Shown here piece after piece: positions 8,390 through 16,460 of a stretch of DNA of 27,672 bases. Source of the DNA: Oculatellaceae cyanobacterium bins.114 (GTDB lineage: Bacteria > Cyanobacteriota > Cyanobacteriia > Elainellales > Elainellaceae); NCBI GenBank assembly GCA_033764315.1, contig JANRJA010000085.1, forward strand, positions 1 to 27,672, written 5' to 3'. Position 1 is the stretch's first letter. Every line of letters begins with the position of its first letter. The translations under genes were made by a program, and so were the position numbers. The notes beneath the pieces are model-generated. The model did no database searches and was not told the DNA's origin. It worked only from the letters and a program-made list of their open reading frames with translations.

Positions 8390-9196
8390 ATGGAACTCAT
8401 GACTCTCAATCAAACCCCTGTCAGTTGTTTGGGTTTAGCCAGCCAATATTTAAAGGAATCTGCCTGTGTGAGCGCAGCATTTGAGGCGGGCATGAATTAC
8501 TTTTTTTCCTATGGGTTACCGTCTCGCGTGTTTTTAGACGAGTTGAAGCCGCTCTTGGTAACTCAACGAGACTCCCTTTTTGTGGCACTGGGGAGTGAAA
8601 AGCGCGATCGCAAAGGGTTGAACCACACCCTCGATCAGATTCGCCACACCCTCAATATTGATGTGATTGATGCCTTTTTTGCAGAGTATATCTCTCCCGA
8701 TGACGAGCTTGATGAGATTCAAAGGCTAACGGACGAGTTATATGACTGGAAGTCAAAGGGCTATATTCGATACGTCGGCATGAGCAGCCACAGTCGAGCG
8801 ATCGCTTTGAATCTGATTCATTTGGGGCAGTGCGATGTGTTGATGCAGCGGTATAACATGGCGCATCGCCAAGCGGAAACTCAAGTCTTTCCGTCAGCCC
8901 ATCAGGCCAATATTCCTGTGGTTGTCTTTACCAGTACTCGTTGGTCAACTTTGTTGCGATCGCCTCCTGGATGGACTCAACCGCCCCCAACGGCGGCTGA
9001 GTGCTACCGTTTTTCGCTTCATCCGCCTGGGGTGCGACTTGTCTTAACTTCTCCTGCAACCCAGGCAGAACTAGAGAGCAATCTCCAGGTATTACAAACT
9101 CCTACTATGACTGCTACAGAGTTAGCTTACTGGCAACGCTTTGGAGACTTGGTTTATGGCACTGGTCAAGATGCCTTTGAAACTCAGTGGGTTTAA
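8390..9196 (+). CDS. Aldo/keto reductase family protein
   Basis: SCLGL, AFEAGMNYFF, KGYIRYVGMSSH and DVLMQRYN AKR-like motifs; GGAGGA RBS upstream. Confidence 0.82.
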   Translation: MELMTLNQTPVSCLGLASQYLKESACVSAAFEAGMNYFFSYGLPSRVFLDELKPLLVTQRDSLFVALGSEKRDRKGLNHTLDQIRHTLNIDVIDAFFAEYISPDDELDEIQRLTDELYDWKSKGYIRYVGMSSHSRAIALNLIHLGQCDVLMQRYNMAHRQAETQVFPSAHQANIPVVVFTSTRWSTLLRSPPGWTQPPPTAAECYRFSLHPPGVRLVLTSPATQAELESNLQVLQTPTMTATELAYWQRFGDLVYGTGQDAFETQWV

Positions 9197-9309
9197 AGGT
9201 TGGGAAATCTCGCTTTTTCGGTACAGTTTGCCTAACCCCCGTTCTGCTTAGAAAAGAACATCATAGAAACATGAAGACTGTAGTTTCTAATCGTTCCTTA
9301 CATCGACCT

Positions 9310-9777
9310 ATGTTAGTGCGTTACTGGCAACCGTTCCGTGAAATTGAAATGATGCGCCGTCAGTTTGATAGTCTCTTCAACGAACTGACTCCAGCTACCA
9401 AAGGGCAACTGACTTTGACTCCAGCGATCGAACTAAAAGATGCTGGCGATGCTGTAACCTTGCGTGCTCAACTCCCTGGCATTGATGCCAAGGATTTAGA
9501 CATTCAAGTCAGCAAAAAAGCGATTTCGATCTCTGGCGAACAACGCCAAGAGTCTAAAACTGATGAGAATGGCATGATTCATTCTGAGTTTCGGTATGGC
9601 AAGTTTCAACGGGTTATTCCTCTGCCTGTTGCTGTGCAAAATGACCAAGTGCAAGCGGAATATAAAGATGGTATTTTGAGCTTGACATTGCCTAAAGTGA
9701 CTGAAGCTCGCAACTCTGTTGTGAAAGTTAACTTGACCAGCGATGCTCCAGCAATTGAAGAAGGTCAGGTCGCTTAA
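9310..9777 (+). CDS. hspA: Hsp20/alpha-crystallin small heat-shock protein
   Basis: MLVRYWQPFREIEMMRRQFDSLF, LPGIDAKDLDIQV, SEFRYGKFQRVIPLP, AEYKDGILSLTLPK. ATG at 9310 is typical of the family. Confidence 0.92.
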   Translation: MLVRYWQPFREIEMMRRQFDSLFNELTPATKGQLTLTPAIELKDAGDAVTLRAQLPGIDAKDLDIQVSKKAISISGEQRQESKTDENGMIHSEFRYGKFQRVIPLPVAVQNDQVQAEYKDGILSLTLPKVTEARNSVVKVNLTSDAPAIEEGQVA

Positions 9778-9817
9778 GTTGTTTTACTCGTGAGACATTT
9801 GGTTAGATAAATTACCC

Positions 9818-9846
9818 GCAGAGTCATGATTGGCTCTGCTTTTTTT
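9818..9846 (+). terminator. Rho-independent terminator after hsp20
   Basis: GCAGAGTCA-TGAT-TGGCTCTGC followed by T7. Confidence 0.85.
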
Positions 9847-9952
9847 AATTTTTAGGGATTGATGAATTGATCTACCAAATTTACTAATTTTTGTTAGGCA
9901 TGTCTGGTGCGGGTGTAAATGTAATGAGTGAACGACGCTTATTCAAAATCAG

Positions 9953-10150
9953 CTAGTTTAGAACAATGTGTTTGAGCGATCGCGGGTCTTCAATAATTTT
10001 GGAAGCGTCCCGAATTTCTAAGGCAATGATGTTGTCATCCGCATCATAATCAACGGTTACACCTGAGCGATCTTCACTGAAATCTTCAACTGGCGCATCC
10101 CGAAAGATGATTTGTAGTACATCTGTTGCGCCATCATAGATTACTTTCAT
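9953..10150 (-). CDS. DUF2283-domain small protein
   Basis: MKVIYDGATDVLQIIF...GVTVDYDADDNIIALEIRDASK is the DUF2283 pattern; GGAGG RBS just upstream of ATG at 10150. Confidence 0.85.
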   Translation of the reverse strand: MKVIYDGATDVLQIIFRDAPVEDFSEDRSGVTVDYDADDNIIALEIRDASKIIEDPRSLKHIVLN

Positions 10151-10360
10151 AAATCCTCCATTGCACCATTGAGTAGTTTTAATAAGTCGTACTATACCGA
10201 TCAAAATCACTTTTGGCTGTAGCTGTTGCACAGGTTCTTCTCATCAAGATGGGGTTGGCTCAACTCAGAAAAAGAACTAAATTGCATCCCTCCAAAGTCT
10301 TTCTCTCCTTATTAAAAGATGCTAAAGGTATTGCAATCCGTTGATTAGGCATCTAAATTA

Positions 10361-12457
10361 ATGCGACCTGTTCGTGGCAACCCTCGTCCATCTACCCATC
10401 TTTTTTCAGACATTGACCACCATTGGGCAAAGGAGTGCATCGTTGAACTGGCTCAACGTCACTTTATTAAAGGGGATCAGACGGGTCGATTTCGCCCTGA
10501 TGCACCGATTAAACGAGGTGAATTTGCAGTACTGATGTATTGGGTTTTTCCGAGGGCATTGCCTGTGAGGGAACCCCAACCTTTTTTAGATGTGCCTGCT
10601 ATTCATTGGGCGAGTAATGTAGTGAAGTGGGTTTATGAGCGCGGATTGTTTTCAGGCTATAACGATCGCACTTTTCGTCCTGATAATTCTCTGTCGCGGC
10701 TAGAAGCGTTGATGGTTTTAGTAAAGGGGCTGAATTATGCTCTGCCACTTTTTCCTCAAAACACTCTCAAGGGTTATTTTGACGATGCTGATGAAATTCC
10801 TGATTATGCTCAGGGGGCGATCGCCTCAGCGACTCTAGCCGGTTTAGTCGTCAATTATCCCGATGTGCGGCGACTGCGGCCTCTCCAGGCCATTACGCGG
10901 GCAGAACTGGCAGCTATGGTGTGCCAAGTGTCTCATCAACCTGGCACCATTCCCTCGCAATATGTCACCTGGAGTAAAGGATTAGAAGAAATTTCAGAGA
11001 CAGATGCAATCTCATTTAGGTTGCTTCGGGGCAATGCTCGACTGGTTAAACAGATTCAAACTCGATTGAGTGCATTGCGGCTCTATCCCACTGAAGCCAT
11101 TAATGGCAAATACACCCCCTTCACAGAAACAGCTCTGATTGATTTTTGCCGAATTTTAGAGTTACCCAATCGGCACACTCAAACCCTAGACATAACGCTG
11201 ACACAAATTTTGCTCACGTTGGAACCCGTTTGTTTCATTTTGGAACAAGCCCGAAACCGAGACAAAATCTTTAACGAATATCTGCAACAGGAAGTGGGGT
11301 TTGGAGCGGCAAAACTTGCTTTTTTAGACAAAGGGATCGAAAGTTCGCCTTATGAGCCTGAGGTAAAACACTATCCGATTCATTTACTGCGCCAAAATCA
11401 TGCTCCTCAAGCGATTTCTGTAGTTCACGCTGAAGAGCGATCGCTTCACCAAGGAGACAACCTTTTTAAACCCTTTCCTAAACGGGGAGTCTTGCCAACC
11501 ATTCATCAGGAGCTGTCGTTTTTACATGACGATATTCAGCAAGCGTGCATTTGTTTGGGAAAGTTTGAGAATGGGCAACTCAAGACCCGTTGGTTAGGCA
11601 AAGATGCCTTGGCAAACGTTGAACTTTGGAGTGCAACCAAGATTATTCCCTTATTGAATGTTGTTTCAAAAGCCAATGCGGTTGCGGCTGAGGCAGATAT
11701 TGACAATGGTGTGATCAGACCTCGCCGCAGCAGTCGAGGCTTTAGTTTCTATGATTTAGCGGTTGAGATTGTCAATTACAAGTCATCCATCGGCAGCTCA
11801 AACTCACTTGCAGCTATGTTCAAGCAGTTTGAGACTCCCCAAAATCTAGAAAATTGGTTGAAAGCCATTACAGGTAATACCCAGCTCAAATTTCGAGGAC
11901 GCTATGGGGAAGGAAATTTTATTCAAGCACCAGAGCTGTGGGATCAACGCCTGCGCCGAGTGCTCTTAACAGCCACAGGAGGAAATCACCGAGGGGATAA
12001 CTCAATCTCGACCTATGACATGACTCGGCTTGTCACTATGCTGGTATGGCATCCTCACCTGTCGCTTGAGGCTCAATTACCAAGTGCTCAGTGGCATAGT
12101 TTAGAGAGCATCATTCGAGCAATGGGAGAGGACTCTGCCCGCTATATCGATGTGGCGATCGCCCGCTTGGGTTTAGCCGAGTTGATCGCTTCCCCTGTGA
12201 TTATTTCTAAATTGGGGTTTGGGCGCAGTGGTATTCGTCATCGCACAGAATTGGTTTATTCTGCTTTTGTGCAGTTTTGGGATCAACATCAGTGCCGCTC
12301 CTCAACAGCCACTTCACCTCAGTTGCGATCGCTCGGTGTGACTCTGATTGGGGCTAAAAAACTGGGAAATGGCGATCGCGAAGCAACAGAGTTAGATGCT
12401 CGTATGGCGGCTGAAGTCACTGAGATCTTGCGTCGAGTTGTCACCGAGGAATTGTGA
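10361..12457 (+). CDS. S-layer homology (SLH) domain protein with putative peptidoglycan-binding segment and serine beta-lactamase/PBP-like C-terminal domain
   Basis: Three SLH repeats (FSDIDHHWA..FRPDAPIKRGEFA; FLDVPAIHWA..FRPDNSLSRLEA; FDDADEIPDYA..ITRAELAA). LVKQIQTRLSAL..INGKYTPFTETAL is PG-binding-like. SATK, SSN and KLG motifs follow. Confidence 0.82.
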   Translation: MRPVRGNPRPSTHLFSDIDHHWAKECIVELAQRHFIKGDQTGRFRPDAPIKRGEFAVLMYWVFPRALPVREPQPFLDVPAIHWASNVVKWVYERGLFSGYNDRTFRPDNSLSRLEALMVLVKGLNYALPLFPQNTLKGYFDDADEIPDYAQGAIASATLAGLVVNYPDVRRLRPLQAITRAELAAMVCQVSHQPGTIPSQYVTWSKGLEEISETDAISFRLLRGNARLVKQIQTRLSALRLYPTEAINGKYTPFTETALIDFCRILELPNRHTQTLDITLTQILLTLEPVCFILEQARNRDKIFNEYLQQEVGFGAAKLAFLDKGIESSPYEPEVKHYPIHLLRQNHAPQAISVVHAEERSLHQGDNLFKPFPKRGVLPTIHQELSFLHDDIQQACICLGKFENGQLKTRWLGKDALANVELWSATKIIPLLNVVSKANAVAAEADIDNGVIRPRRSSRGFSFYDLAVEIVNYKSSIGSSNSLAAMFKQFETPQNLENWLKAITGNTQLKFRGRYGEGNFIQAPELWDQRLRRVLLTATGGNHRGDNSISTYDMTRLVTMLVWHPHLSLEAQLPSAQWHSLESIIRAMGEDSARYIDVAIARLGLAELIASPVIISKLGFGRSGIRHRTELVYSAFVQFWDQHQCRSSTATSPQLRSLGVTLIGAKKLGNGDREATELDARMAAEVTEILRRVVTEEL

Positions 12458-12510
12458 TCTGGATAACGAGATCATCCTCTCCTATTGTCTTGCACTCTCA
12501 CGGCTCACTC

Positions 12511-13338
12511 TTAAGAGGGCAAGCCTTGAACTAAGTTAGCCTTGGGCGATCGCACCCCTCTTAACTCGACAGCATTGAATTTAGCGTTGGTTAGATTGAC
12601 GTTGTGCACATAGGCATTGGTTAAACTTACCTCGCGCAAATCGGCAGTATTGAAATCAGTCTCGTTTAAATATGCCTCGCGCAAATTTGCACCCACTAAG
12701 TTTGCACCACACAAGTTAGCCCGACTTAGATCGACACCGCATAAGTTAGCACCTTGCAAATTAGCATCACTCAAGTTGGCTCCAACTAAGTCTGAGAGAC
12801 TCAGATCGACGCCGCTTAAATTAGCTTTCATCAGCTTTGCGTGGGTCAAATTAACACCACGCAAATCAGCATGGGTCAAGTTGGCTTCAACCAGTTTTGC
12901 TCCGTAAAGATCAGCCCACCTGAAATCAGCTTTACTGCCGTTCGCTCTGGTTAAATTTGCCTGTCTTAGTTGGGCTTCTTTTAGATCTGCCTCAATCAAG
13001 ATCGAGGATTCAAGGTAAGCTTCGCTTAAATTAGCCGCGTGTAAGATGGCTGTGTTTAATACAGCCCCTTGCAAGTTGGCCCACCGCAAATCAGCATGCT
13101 CAAGATGGGCAGAGGTCAGATCTGCAAGGCTGAGGTTAGCGCGAGAGAGATTGCTTCTCTGCAAGTTTGCCTCTATCAAAACTGCCCCTGTCAAAATGGC
13201 TCTGTTTAAATCAATCTCGTTTAAGGGAGCTTTGCTCAGGTCAGGTTTAAGCCCTGGCTCGCTCAGATGATTGTGCCACCACTCATTCCAGTTGTCTGCT
13301 CCTTGTTGCAACAGAGACAGCAACACACGATTTGCCAT
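12511..13338 (-). CDS. Pentapeptide repeat protein
   Basis: A(N/D)LxxA(N/D)L repeats over about 230 aa. MANRVLLSLLQQGADNWNEWW N-cap at ATG 13338; the longer upstream extension runs through a repeat element. Confidence 0.9.
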   Translation of the reverse strand: MANRVLLSLLQQGADNWNEWWHNHLSEPGLKPDLSKAPLNEIDLNRAILTGAVLIEANLQRSNLSRANLSLADLTSAHLEHADLRWANLQGAVLNTAILHAANLSEAYLESSILIEADLKEAQLRQANLTRANGSKADFRWADLYGAKLVEANLTHADLRGVNLTHAKLMKANLSGVDLSLSDLVGANLSDANLQGANLCGVDLSRANLCGANLVGANLREAYLNETDFNTADLREVSLTNAYVHNVNLTNAKFNAVELRGVRSPKANLVQGLPS

Positions 13339-13401
13339 AGTTAGGAGTGTCCGGTTAGGGATTAGTGTTGCCCTCCGAGGGCAATGTTGACGTGGAGATT
13401 T

Positions 13402-13525
13402 TATAGCAACTGAAGAGTGAGTTAGGACGGGGTGCAAGGGCTTTGGCTTGAGCGGCTCAGGTGAAAGCTGGCTCAGGGCTTTGTCCTCACACCGCTTGGT
13501 GTCAACTGTCTTGACAGTTCCTATA
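13402..13525. mobile_element. MITE-like foldback element, copy 2 (inverted relative to copy 1)
   Basis: Terminal IR TATAGCAACTG / CAGTTCCTATA (10/11). 13421-13440 GTTAGGACGGGGTGCAAGGG is 19/20 identical to the reverse complement of 6461-6480. TGTCCTCA (13482-13489) is the reverse complement of 6414-6421. Confidence 0.7.
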
Positions 13526-13683
13526 GACTGGAGGGCGATCGCTCCCCATTTAAGAAGCACTGTCCCTACATCACTATCGGTATTTCAGTAAAAACCACTA
13601 GACTCTCCCCAGTTTTCTGCGGTCATGCCACAGGATCCGGACACTGCAAGCAAAGCTATTGTGAAGCGCAGTCAGCGATGAGT

Positions 13684-14517
13684 TCAATGGCCAGGAAAAC
13701 ACTGAAACTCTTCTAACGTCAGCCACGGTTGCTCATCAGAGACTTGGGAGGATGCCCCTTGGGTGGGCATCGTGGTTTTTTGATAATCAACCCCTTCTAA
13801 AGTAGCCCCTTGTAAGTTGACATAGCTCAAATCAACAGTACTCAAATCGGCTCCACTCAGATTGGCTCCACTCAGATTGGCTCCACTGAGGTTAGCATCG
13901 GTCAACGTTGCGCCAACTAAATGGGCACCGCTCAAATCGGCTTGCTCAAGATTGGCACCGCTCAAATCGGCTCGGCTCAAATCGGCAAGACTCAAATTTG
14001 CTTTTGAGAGATTGGCCTGTCTTAAATCAGCTTCGATCAAAATTGCCCCAATTAAAACAGCTTCACTGAGGTTGGCTTGGGTTAACACTGCCTCGCTTAA
14101 AATAGCCCGGATCAAGTCGGACTGGCTCAAAATGGCAGCATGTAGATTGGCTCTCCGAAGATTTGCCCCTCGCAGGTTAGCTCCGATTAAAACGGCTTCT
14201 GTTAACAGGGCCTCATGCAACACTGCTTCATTGAGCAGGGCTTGACTTAAATACGCTTCAGTCAGATTAGCTTTTCGCAACTTAGCCCGACTCAGGGTAG
14301 TTTCAATCAAAATTGCTCTACTTAAATTAGCCTCACTTAAATCCGCTTCAATCAGGGTGGTTGCGCTTAAGTCAGTCTCACTCAGATTGATTTTCTTAAG
14401 TTTGGCAGCACTCAGATCAACCTCACCTAAACAAGGTTTGTCATGGCAAGTCTGCCGCCATTCATTCCAAATATCAACTCCACGGGTTAGTAGGGCGAGT
14501 TGTTCTTGCTCAGACAT
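13684..14517 (-). CDS. Pentapeptide repeat protein
   Basis: MSEQEQLALLTRGVDIWNEWR N-cap followed by continuous A(N/D)LS(G/E/R) pentapeptides. Confidence 0.93.
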   Translation of the reverse strand: MSEQEQLALLTRGVDIWNEWRQTCHDKPCLGEVDLSAAKLKKINLSETDLSATTLIEADLSEANLSRAILIETTLSRAKLRKANLTEAYLSQALLNEAVLHEALLTEAVLIGANLRGANLRRANLHAAILSQSDLIRAILSEAVLTQANLSEAVLIGAILIEADLRQANLSKANLSLADLSRADLSGANLEQADLSGAHLVGATLTDANLSGANLSGANLSGADLSTVDLSYVNLQGATLEGVDYQKTTMPTQGASSQVSDEQPWLTLEEFQCFPGH

Positions 14518-14683
14518 AGAGTTTGTTGTGACACTCGTGTCATCTTTTCGACGGCTTCAAGGCTAAATCCGGAAAGGTATCGGCGCGATCAAATTCTCCC
14601 TTTATGAATATTTCGCGGCTAATGTAAATTGATTACACTGCTGATGGCAGAAAATATTGTTCGCCTTGAGTTGTATTTCAAAT

Positions 14684-15205
14684 ATGGCAGAATCAAGTAC
14701 CCCTAAACGAGAGTGTGACCCAATTATCGGGTCAGTTCTTCCGGTGCAGGAAGAGTCTGTTGCATTTGTCGAGCAATGGCAAGAAGTTTTAGCCCCTCAA
14801 GGGTTGGGGTATCGTATCAAATTACTCTCTCAACTGTTTGCCCGTCGATTTCAAGAGCGGTTAGAGCCTTTTGGCTTAACTCCATTTCATTGGGTTGTGT
14901 TGTGTTGCCTCTGGGAAGAAGATGGGCTGCCAACTTCTAGCATCGGCGATCGCTTGCAACAGGTAGGAGGGACATTGACTGGTGTCTTAGATCGAATGGA
15001 AGAGCGGGGCTTAATTCGGCGGGAGCGCGATCGCCAAGATCGACGAGTTTGGCGCATCTGGTTGACCGCTGAGGGAGAGCAACTCCAGCAAATTCTTCCG
15101 CCAATTGCGCTGGAACTCCGAGAAACCGCATTGCGAGATGTGTCAGAGGGCGATCGCCAAGTGCTGTCTCAACTGGTAAATCAGGTGATTGCAAATCTTT
15201 CCTAA
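14684..15205 (+). CDS. MarR-family transcriptional regulator
   Basis: LEPFGLTPFHWVVL, GTLTGVLDRMEERGLIRR and DRRVWRIWLT winged-helix motifs. ATG 14684 preferred over TTG 14657. Confidence 0.92.
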   Translation: MAESSTPKRECDPIIGSVLPVQEESVAFVEQWQEVLAPQGLGYRIKLLSQLFARRFQERLEPFGLTPFHWVVLCCLWEEDGLPTSSIGDRLQQVGGTLTGVLDRMEERGLIRRERDRQDRRVWRIWLTAEGEQLQQILPPIALELRETALRDVSEGDRQVLSQLVNQVIANLS

Positions 15206-15340
15206 GAAAAAGATGAAGGATGAGAAAAAGATGAAGGATAAACGATTAAGGATAAAAATGAGATGTAGACAGCTTTCTTTATCCTCTTCATCCTTTAGTC
15301 TTTAGTCTTTAGCCTTGACTCTTCGCCCTTCATCCTGCCC
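15205..15340. repeat. GATGAAG/CTTCATC-type heptamer repeats between convergent genes
   Basis: AGAAAAAGATGAAGGAT exact twice (15205, 15223); complementary CTTCATC and CTTTAG(T/C) heptamers from about 15277 to 15335. Confidence 0.7.
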
Positions 15341-16065
15341 TTTTGAACCCCTAAATACAACCCCAACAGTGTCAGCGGAACAATCGCTCCAGGCTCAGGG
15401 ACAGGCTGGGATGAGGCAACCGTCAGTTTGCCAATGAGGAAAGCGGTGTTAATGTCTCGCTCTTGGGAAATGAACTCGTTGACCAATGTGCCATCTAGGG
15501 TGGGGCGATCGCTAAATCCCAACAATTCCAATGTATAAGGGGTGCCTGCTACCTCAAAGGTTTCTAAAGCAGTGGTGTTGAGAAACGAGATGCGATCGGC
15601 GCAGGGAATTGCGCTGGCATAGAGACAAGGAGCAACGTTAGTCGTCTCATCAACCGCAAAGTTAAAGGTAAATGAACGGCTTGCCAGAGACCCACTGACA
15701 TCGGCCAGATTGAGATTGATTAACAACTCTACAGCCGTGACGTTGGGTGGAGCGACCGGGTTATTAAAATGCCGTAGCGTTCCCACTAAAAATGGAATGT
15801 CAGATGCAATCCTAGAAGACCCCACTCCCAAATAGCCCAACCCACTTTTACTAGCGGATGTAGTGGCAGTCCCCCATAAAATCAACGCTTCATCACCCAT
15901 TGTGATGTGCTCAATCGTTGTGTCGCCTCCCACTGGGTTATTCCAGGTGCCAGATGAGCCAAGCAGCGTTACTCCCGTTGCGGGAGCAGGCAAGATGATA
16001 GTTATAATGCTGGCAATGGCAAAAGTCAATGTCGAAACACCAGCTCTGAGAAACATGAGTTTCAT
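15295..16065 (-). CDS. PEP-CTERM surface protein (THxN/choice-of-anchor K-like)
   Basis: N-terminal signal peptide, GTLRHFNNPV, VDETTN..PC......PCAD, then VPEP + hydrophobic helix + basic tail. Confidence 0.8.
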   Translation of the reverse strand: MKLMFLRAGVSTLTFAIASIITIILPAPATGVTLLGSSGTWNNPVGGDTTIEHITMGDEALILWGTATTSASKSGLGYLGVGSSRIASDIPFLVGTLRHFNNPVAPPNVTAVELLINLNLADVSGSLASRSFTFNFAVDETTNVAPCLYASAIPCADRISFLNTTALETFEVAGTPYTLELLGFSDRPTLDGTLVNEFISQERDINTAFLIGKLTVASSQPVPEPGAIVPLTLLGLYLGVQKGRMKGEESRLKTKD

Positions 16066-16460
16066 AGGGCATCTTCTCTTTTAAATGAAGTGGATGTGGT
16101 CAATGACCGCTTTCAAGAATGCTTGTAGCTTGCGTGAATGATTGCGTAGCTGAACTGCACAACAACGCATGTCCTCAAACTTGATGAATACAAGAGGTCT
16201 GTTGGATTGGTAATAAAGCGAAGCTACATTAACTGGGGTATTGCTTGCTAACGATGCAAGCAATTTTTGGGGTCAACCAATCGCACAATCTGAGAGGTGC
16301 ACTCTGAGTTAGTTCGTATCATTCATAACAATAAAGGGCAGAAGCATGAGGCGTAAACCTGATTCTTCTACCCTTCAATGATTTGTAATACAGTCATCTC
16401 ACATGAGGTATGAGATCGACCAAATGGCAAGACAATTTTCCCTTTTTGGGTCAGTTATCT

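Noticed and set aside
9187..9309. Hsp20 N-terminal extension and a K-box/CIRCE-like site (TTTCGG...CCTAAC)
   Set aside because: The extension overlaps the AKR stop and is atypical. Motif spacing does not match the K-box, and there is no CIRCE inverted repeat.
13339..13560. 74-aa N-terminal extension of the pentapeptide protein
   Set aside because: It translates the foldback element; the family-typical N-cap starts at 13338.
12617..14566. Plus-strand ORFs with periodic sequence (12617, 13046, 13862, 14357)
   Set aside because: Antisense shadows of pentapeptide-repeat codons.
14623..14637. NtcA box
   Set aside because: The sequence is GTA-N7-TAC rather than the required GTA-N8-TAC.
16081..16263. 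60-aa minus-strand ORF upstream of the PEP-CTERM gene
   Set aside because: TTG start, no RBS, no recognisable features; probably promoter DNA.
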